Origin: Bdellovibrionales bacterium
Lineage (GTDB): Bacteria > Bdellovibrionota > Bdellovibrionia > Bdellovibrionales > UBA1609
Assembly: GCA_050246815.1 (NCBI GenBank)
Contig: JBFWVI010000073.1
Location: 1 to 11,300, forward strand
Direction: 5' to 3'
DNA length: 11,300 nucleotides
Shown in pieces: positions 7,901 to 11,300 of the stretch (the stretch's first letter is position 1; the number at the start of each line of letters is the position of its first letter). The notes under the pieces are model-generated. The model was given only the letters and a program-made list of their open reading frames with translations. It was not told the origin of the DNA and searched no databases. A program made the translations under genes and the position numbers.

Positions 7901-8226
7901 TTTATTCACGCGGCTGGGAAAAAGCTCTCGAGCTGTACGAGGCGCATCCAGAGTCCCAGTGGGATCGCTTCACCGTGACTGTGGGTGATATGTATGAATC
8001 CTTCGGCCCCAAAGAGCAAACAGCCTTTACGAACCTGAAAGAAGCCAGCCAATTCATCACAACCCTTTCTATCAATGATGACGGTCCTGGGTCCTCTGGT
8101 GATTTGGAAGATTTCTTGCGCGGCATGGCCGACAGCGATCCCTATGTGGGATTTGCGAAAGTTTCGCCGCCGAGTTCGTACACGCCCCTGATTTTCCGCG
8201 AGGCGTTTAAAAACAAAAGCAAATAA
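4984..8226 (+). CDS. Signal-peptide-bearing fusion of a SpoVR/YcgB-family domain (N-terminal) and a YeaH/YhbH DUF444 vWA-family domain (C-terminal)
   Basis: Signal peptide MSKSVHLIIATLFLAMLSMDVWA. SpoVR-like motifs: PVAHWKDG, LLYELVI, EEQLSILFHALAGHVH (His at 5452/5467/5473; cf. QALVIAHACYGHNSF), TKILHEGYS (5848-5874; cf. TKxMNEGWA), NPYWIG (5980; cf. NPYxLG). YeaH-like motifs from about 6970: Gly-rich GQGDGSGDQPG, LAEEIELPNLRPK (cf. LFEDLELPNL), MIDAS MDMSGSM (7717-7737), GGTVYSRGWEKA (7891), ESQWDRF (cf. PSQWNIY). Confidence 0.85.
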   Translation: MSKSVHLIIATLFLAMLSMDVWATEDKGTPMRLRPVADCDHILGGKQFRVILSGSESMPEKKELTEALHDLLADGGLFDRLGIDRPYQTIRFIPGGDLNIIGGLNNIPVAHWKDGAQVAKTSSRGLLYELVIPGKTEHHSFYRADNTFEEQLSILFHALAGHVHVAMNSRFKHDLDADPINEAYALSEYMDQLRQRVSGDAVSRWYQYLLSFDYAQDLINANYQTPDQLKVGSQSVDPFTKKPIKNINPTSNILQAFVANLPSDMPDWQKEMARRFERLRRYIPGAVKTKILHEGYSTLMQEILPKHTKYSTFEHGIKYCCLLAGVAAPSIQNPYWIGTEAWRNIYKRFLKRPEIEALASLEAKDKAFIAYAKKEVIGKMDDAMFLRFGLDADWVARNNFALTRPYKENEYNPWYDDKLTPPDPRDPKRNWPYTILTRDPDKVIGALVSQLTGSIRYQHPNVELISMNDQGSGQVALELSDLIGRSIALNKESLVETLYVMAQMHRRPVSLESTFDIDVATAYTFDEDEESDLFGGSSWGPMPRWHRQQPLLKRKARVKVVVTPKGEVQAFEVKRSGSSAPTSLPDTRVFFDPSKHTPTYEPLQEITTELTKLLDRFIVNLDIEQHVADKDLLQGRNVLRALDAAVDAAAEGASHSLSMAVPTSSRALMEYLNFLGRRLNASLKYAIHGKGKLIRTAQGVKISALPKIPYFHFDRESLKKLQEESSVMPLPTVELHNHMRSYTYRNVFRPEDLTDINSVPGNPGDVHWGPNPKSGQGDGSGDQPGGKDASDDGGSVQFENVSLETYAEALAEEIELPNLRPKIGPVQKTSEEMRGNRRQQTGISVKREILRKAFKRGMPTQEEMEENPDAVMDNMNTVKRGLSRLRPERDWVVKDFSPIPDPDINALVVFEMDMSGSMEFVKREAKQMLYDLRAILMRKYKKVKFLYVVFNSEATMFEDPEKFFAFQPNGGTVYSRGWEKALELYEAHPESQWDRFTVTVGDMYESFGPKEQTAFTNLKEASQFITTLSINDDGPGSSGDLEDFLRGMADSDPYVGFAKVSPPSSYTPLIFREAFKNKSK

Positions 8227-8260
8227 TCGATAAGGACCGAAAAGCCCTTGTCCTTTGAGC

Positions 8261-8293
8261 TTTCCCCCGATCTAATTTTGATCGAGGGGGAAA
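8261..8293 (+). promoter_or_regulatory. Stem-loop that sequesters the ribosome-binding site of the protease gene
   Basis: TTTCCCCCGATC (8261-8272) pairs with GATCGAGGGGGAAA (8280-8293), giving 12 bp with a 2-nt bulge and loop TAATTTT. The right arm contains the SD-like GAGGGGG (8284-8290) ahead of the ATG at 8296. Confidence 0.55.
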
Positions 8294-8295
8294 TT

Positions 8296-9111
8296 ATGAA
8301 CACATGGATAGGTGTTTTTGCCGCACTCTTTTTGTGGTCCTGGGCGGCCCAGGCCCAACTAGGTCCCCGTATTGTCAATGGTGCAGAGGTCGAAGAGGGC
8401 TCTGAGATCGCCCAGCAGACTGTTTTACTGGAAGCCAAGATGATGCGGGCCAGTTTTATTTGCACCGCTGTGATTTTAAATGAACAAGTGCTAATGACCG
8501 CGGCTCACTGCCTGGGCGGCAACTTTTGGGCGGACATTGTAGCCCACTTCACGGTGAAGAAGCAAAAAACTGGGATACGCTTAAAGGTCGTCAACCGTAC
8601 GGCGGTTCGCTGGCCCTTGCCTGCGGACACCAAGGACTGGGATGATATTGCTTTGTTGAAGCTTGAACGGCCGATACCCACCAACTATCGCCCCGTGCGG
8701 CTACAAAACTTGCCCGTGCTTGGGACCGACAGCAAAGTCATCTTGGCCGGTTACGGACGGTACAAAGCCCGTGCCGACAATGGCGACGGCGGCGCAGGAA
8801 TCCTGCGCTGGACCGAGCAAAACATCTTGGAATTCCCTTACGGCGCTCGAGAAGTGCGGATCAATATCGAAGGCGGCGGCACCTGCCACGGAGATTCGGG
8901 GGGGCCCGTCTTTGTTGAGCGAGAAGATGGTTTGGATCTCATGGGCATTGCCAGCCGTCTGACTGTTCGAAATAAAGTCAGCGATGGAAACGGACGCAAC
9001 CCTCCGGAATACGCTTGTCTGTATGACATTATTTACGGCCAAGTCTGGCCCCACGCCACCTGGGTCGATGCTGTTTTAAAGGAGTGGGGCTTCGCGCCGC
9101 GGTTTAACTGA
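8296..9111 (+). CDS. Secreted S1 (chymotrypsin/trypsin-fold) serine protease
   Basis: The ATG at 8296 has an SD (GAGGGGG) and gives the signal peptide MNTWIGVFAALFLWSWAAQA, so it is preferred over the TTG at 8248. Activation motif R-IVNG. Catalytic triad motifs TAAHC, DDIALLKL and TCHGDSGGP. Stop TGA at 9109-9111. Confidence 0.95.
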   Translation: MNTWIGVFAALFLWSWAAQAQLGPRIVNGAEVEEGSEIAQQTVLLEAKMMRASFICTAVILNEQVLMTAAHCLGGNFWADIVAHFTVKKQKTGIRLKVVNRTAVRWPLPADTKDWDDIALLKLERPIPTNYRPVRLQNLPVLGTDSKVILAGYGRYKARADNGDGGAGILRWTEQNILEFPYGAREVRINIEGGGTCHGDSGGPVFVEREDGLDLMGIASRLTVRNKVSDGNGRNPPEYACLYDIIYGQVWPHATWVDAVLKEWGFAPRFN

Positions 9112-9126
9112 ATCGATAACCATCTT

Positions 9127-9137
9127 GTGAAATCAAA
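9127..9137 (+). repeat. Left copy of the 11-bp direct repeat GTGAAATCAAA
   Basis: Identical to 11240-11250. Both copies are intergenic and bracket the last CDS. Confidence 0.45.
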
Positions 9138-9345
9138 GGCGTGCGAATCCGCCGCCCTACCCCCTGAATGGGTCTTGCTTATCTGTTCTTTCGTGTACTG
9201 CCTCTTGATGGCCAGACCTACTTTGGTCGAGTATCGCTGATACGAATGCCTATACTCACATCCCGATTGTTGCCGAGACCCAAACATTTTTGAATTGCAG
9301 TTCTTACCTGTCATATTAACATCTCAAATTGCCGAAATAGTTAAG

Positions 9346-11178
9346 GTGAAAAAGTGTTTTTTCCACAATTTGAAATTCAATGTTTCCACTCTTGGCTTTT
9401 GCTTGTTAGCGGCTTCATTTCTAACTCACTACTCTGCATTTTCGGACGTCCTACAAAATGAATTTTTTCTGCGCTTGCAAAATTTTTGCGCCAATCAAAA
9501 AGCGGAATGTGCGGGGGGGCTGAGGGCTCCAGATGCCCGAGATTTGCGAACCGCCGCCATGGTCAGTGACTGTATGGCTTATTATAAATTGAATGGTTGC
9601 GACGACGTCAAAGCCTTACTTCCGCTAACGTCTCGTTCGGACATAATCTCTTGTGCGCCGGATTCAATTTGTAAAGGTGAGCAAATTTCGCAAAGCGATG
9701 TCTGTCGCCTTGATGGCTTTACTCTCAAGACCGGAATTGTTTCAGCGGCCTCTGGATCTGCAGCAGCACTGGCGGCAATGATGCTCGGTCAGGCAGGATC
9801 CCTAGCCTCTTTCGGTATGCCAATTTTAATGTACGCAGCTTCGAAAAGCGCTACTACCTGCAACAAAGATGTTCGATTCAAACAGATGGCAATTACCATA
9901 CACAATCTCTCTCTGTTGCCGGGTGATAAATTACTCGACTTCAACGGCGATGATAAGTTTTTGCTTAATTACGAATGCTCTGACTTAAACAAATTCCTTC
10001 AAACAAGAGCTGATACAATTTCTTTGAAACGAACTGAACGTCAGCGCTGGTCGGCAGTAACGCCGGCGGCGCAATCGCCAATTGGCAAAGCCTTGTTAGA
10101 AAATTTGAATTCCAACCACTGCATCAGTGTCAAAGCAAAATTACAGAGATATTGCGATCAGGTTGCTAGCTTGGTTGCCACCGCGGTGGTTGGCGGTGTG
10201 GCCGCCGGCTTAACAAGTGGCGGAATAAATACTGTTGCCATCCAACTTGCAAAACCCCAAGTCAATCAACCGATTCCAAGCACGGTCCTTCGTGCTGTCA
10301 CTGATCACAGACAACTTGCGTCACAAAAGAATGTTCCTTCACCGATTGCGCCTGCATCTGCTGAATGGAATCGGTGGCGAAGCGGCTACATTCAATCCCG
10401 CCCCGCTATTGATTTTTCATCTAAAATACCAACTGAGCTGCTGAAGCAGTACCCCAAAATCCGCGATCAAGTTCGCAAAATCGATGCCGGGTTTAAAGAC
10501 GCTGAAAAAGCGGGGGCTTTTGTCCCAAGAAAAGAAAAGACAATGTACATTCTATCGGACCCTCTTTATAGAAAAAGTAATCCCCAACACCAGTCTGCAA
10601 TTGAATCTGTTACTGCGGCCCTAGATGATGTCAATGGATGGTCTGAATACACCCAGCGATTGACGATTGATTCAGCCAATTGGATCCGCCTGCGAGGAAA
10701 CGAATTAGAAAAGAATCAACTCGCTAAGACTGGTGAAATTTCTCGTCGCTCCATGCTTGCCGTTTTAGCGAAACGTGCCGCGGACAGAGGTGAGAAGGTA
10801 GGAAAAGTAGAAACTCTAAATGAACAAACATTTTTGGACAGGGTTTCGACAGGCCATCCTTTTGTAGACAAAGGCGTTAGAGATTTAGGTCCTGGTACGA
10901 GGCCCCACGGTGAGCTCACCCATTGGTTGCAAATGGATTATATTGCACCAAAGCTTCAAGCTATATATGGCAGAGACACGTCGCCATTTTACAGAGAAGT
11001 CACTAGCAAAACATCTATGAATCCATTTAACGGCCGACTATTGGGGGACAAATGGGAGCCTATAATGGATAGGCAGTACATATTTGACGACGGCTTTGCA
11101 CTCGCCACACCGAATGGAATTTATGATTTTATTGGAAGATTTCTTCCGATTGCAAATGTCGCAAAAAAAGCGCCGTAA
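9346..11178 (+). CDS. Putative secreted toxin/effector-like protein: signal peptide, Cys-rich N-terminal half, Gly/Ala-rich hydrophobic helices, and a C-terminal HGExxHxLQ domain (LirA/MavJ/DUF5636-like, tentative)
   Basis: The ORF is open 9295-11178. The GTG at 9346 gives MKKCFFHNLKFNVSTLGFCLLAASFLTHYSAFS, which looks like a signal peptide, but the start is uncertain. There are 11 Cys in the predicted mature part up to 10155 and none afterwards. Hydrophobic stretches lie at 9733-9840 and 10162-10224. Motif GHPFVDKG...HGELTHWLQ at 10852-10932. Visibly more A/T-ending codons than in the upstream genes. Confidence 0.7.
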   Translation: MKKCFFHNLKFNVSTLGFCLLAASFLTHYSAFSDVLQNEFFLRLQNFCANQKAECAGGLRAPDARDLRTAAMVSDCMAYYKLNGCDDVKALLPLTSRSDIISCAPDSICKGEQISQSDVCRLDGFTLKTGIVSAASGSAAALAAMMLGQAGSLASFGMPILMYAASKSATTCNKDVRFKQMAITIHNLSLLPGDKLLDFNGDDKFLLNYECSDLNKFLQTRADTISLKRTERQRWSAVTPAAQSPIGKALLENLNSNHCISVKAKLQRYCDQVASLVATAVVGGVAAGLTSGGINTVAIQLAKPQVNQPIPSTVLRAVTDHRQLASQKNVPSPIAPASAEWNRWRSGYIQSRPAIDFSSKIPTELLKQYPKIRDQVRKIDAGFKDAEKAGAFVPRKEKTMYILSDPLYRKSNPQHQSAIESVTAALDDVNGWSEYTQRLTIDSANWIRLRGNELEKNQLAKTGEISRRSMLAVLAKRAADRGEKVGKVETLNEQTFLDRVSTGHPFVDKGVRDLGPGTRPHGELTHWLQMDYIAPKLQAIYGRDTSPFYREVTSKTSMNPFNGRLLGDKWEPIMDRQYIFDDGFALATPNGIYDFIGRFLPIANVAKKAP

Positions 11179-11239
11179 CTGCTGTGTACTGGATTAGGCT
11201 CACTATTTCTTTAACTAACCCTAATTTGCCCGTCACTTC

Positions 11240-11250
11240 GTGAAATCAAA
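11240..11250 (+). repeat. Right copy of the 11-bp direct repeat GTGAAATCAAA
   Basis: Identical to 9127-9137. The preceding bases are also similar (catctt vs cacttc). Confidence 0.45.
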
Positions 11251-11300
11251 CACCTTCCAATAGACACCCGCGCCTTAAACCCGTCCGCCGAAACGGGGCA

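Noticed and set aside
8248..8295. TTG start at 8248 for the protease
   Set aside because: It would add an acidic, non-signal extension across a hairpin. The ATG at 8296 has an SD and starts a clean signal peptide.
9200..9325. Possible sigma70 promoter elements (TATACT at 9251-9256; TTGAAT/TTGCAG near 9290-9300) and short palindromes such as GTATC-gct-GATAC
   Set aside because: No -35/-10 pair has both a good match and correct spacing, and the palindromes are too short to exceed chance.
9295..9345. TTG start at 9295 for the last CDS
   Set aside because: There is no evident SD. The GTG at 9346 gives a more typical MKK-led signal sequence, although the true start remains uncertain.
646..10919. 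Numerous 63-140 aa ORFs on the minus strand and in alternative plus frames
   Set aside because: All overlap the four long, motif-bearing plus-strand genes wholly or largely and show no recognisable motifs. They are treated as shadow ORFs.
1..11178. All four genes lie in the same reading frame (+1)
   Set aside because: This is expected by chance about 1 time in 27, and there is no sign of readthrough signals.
11280..11297. Hairpin CCCGT-N8-ACGGG at the window end as a terminator
   Set aside because: The stem is only 5 bp, and any U-tract would lie outside the window, so it cannot be supported.
1..11300. CRISPR array, tRNA/rRNA, transposase or integrase
   Set aside because: I saw no regularly spaced repeats, RNA gene signatures or recombinase motifs, and the intergenic gaps are short.

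Overview
The window holds four co-oriented + strand genes. (1) A giant, 5'-truncated protein (>1650 aa) with a tandemly duplicated, apparently inactive Clp/Hsp100 NBD1-like module followed by one intact but divergent Clp NBD2-like AAA+ ATPase domain. (2) A translationally coupled 1080-aa protein in which a Sec-type signal peptide precedes a fusion of a SpoVR/YcgB domain and a YeaH/YhbH (DUF444, vWA) domain. These two families are normally separate cytoplasmic partners of the PrkA/YeaG AAA+ kinase. (3) A secreted S1 serine protease whose ribosome-binding site lies inside a hairpin. (4) A more AT-rich, secreted, Cys-rich protein with toxin/effector-like architecture and a C-terminal HGELTHWLQ motif, bracketed by an 11-bp direct repeat. 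The gene style suggests a predatory bacterium such as Bdellovibrionota (inference only). The best candidate for a new system is the AAA+ / exported SpoVR-YeaH fusion pair. All family assignments come from motif recognition by eye, not from database searches.
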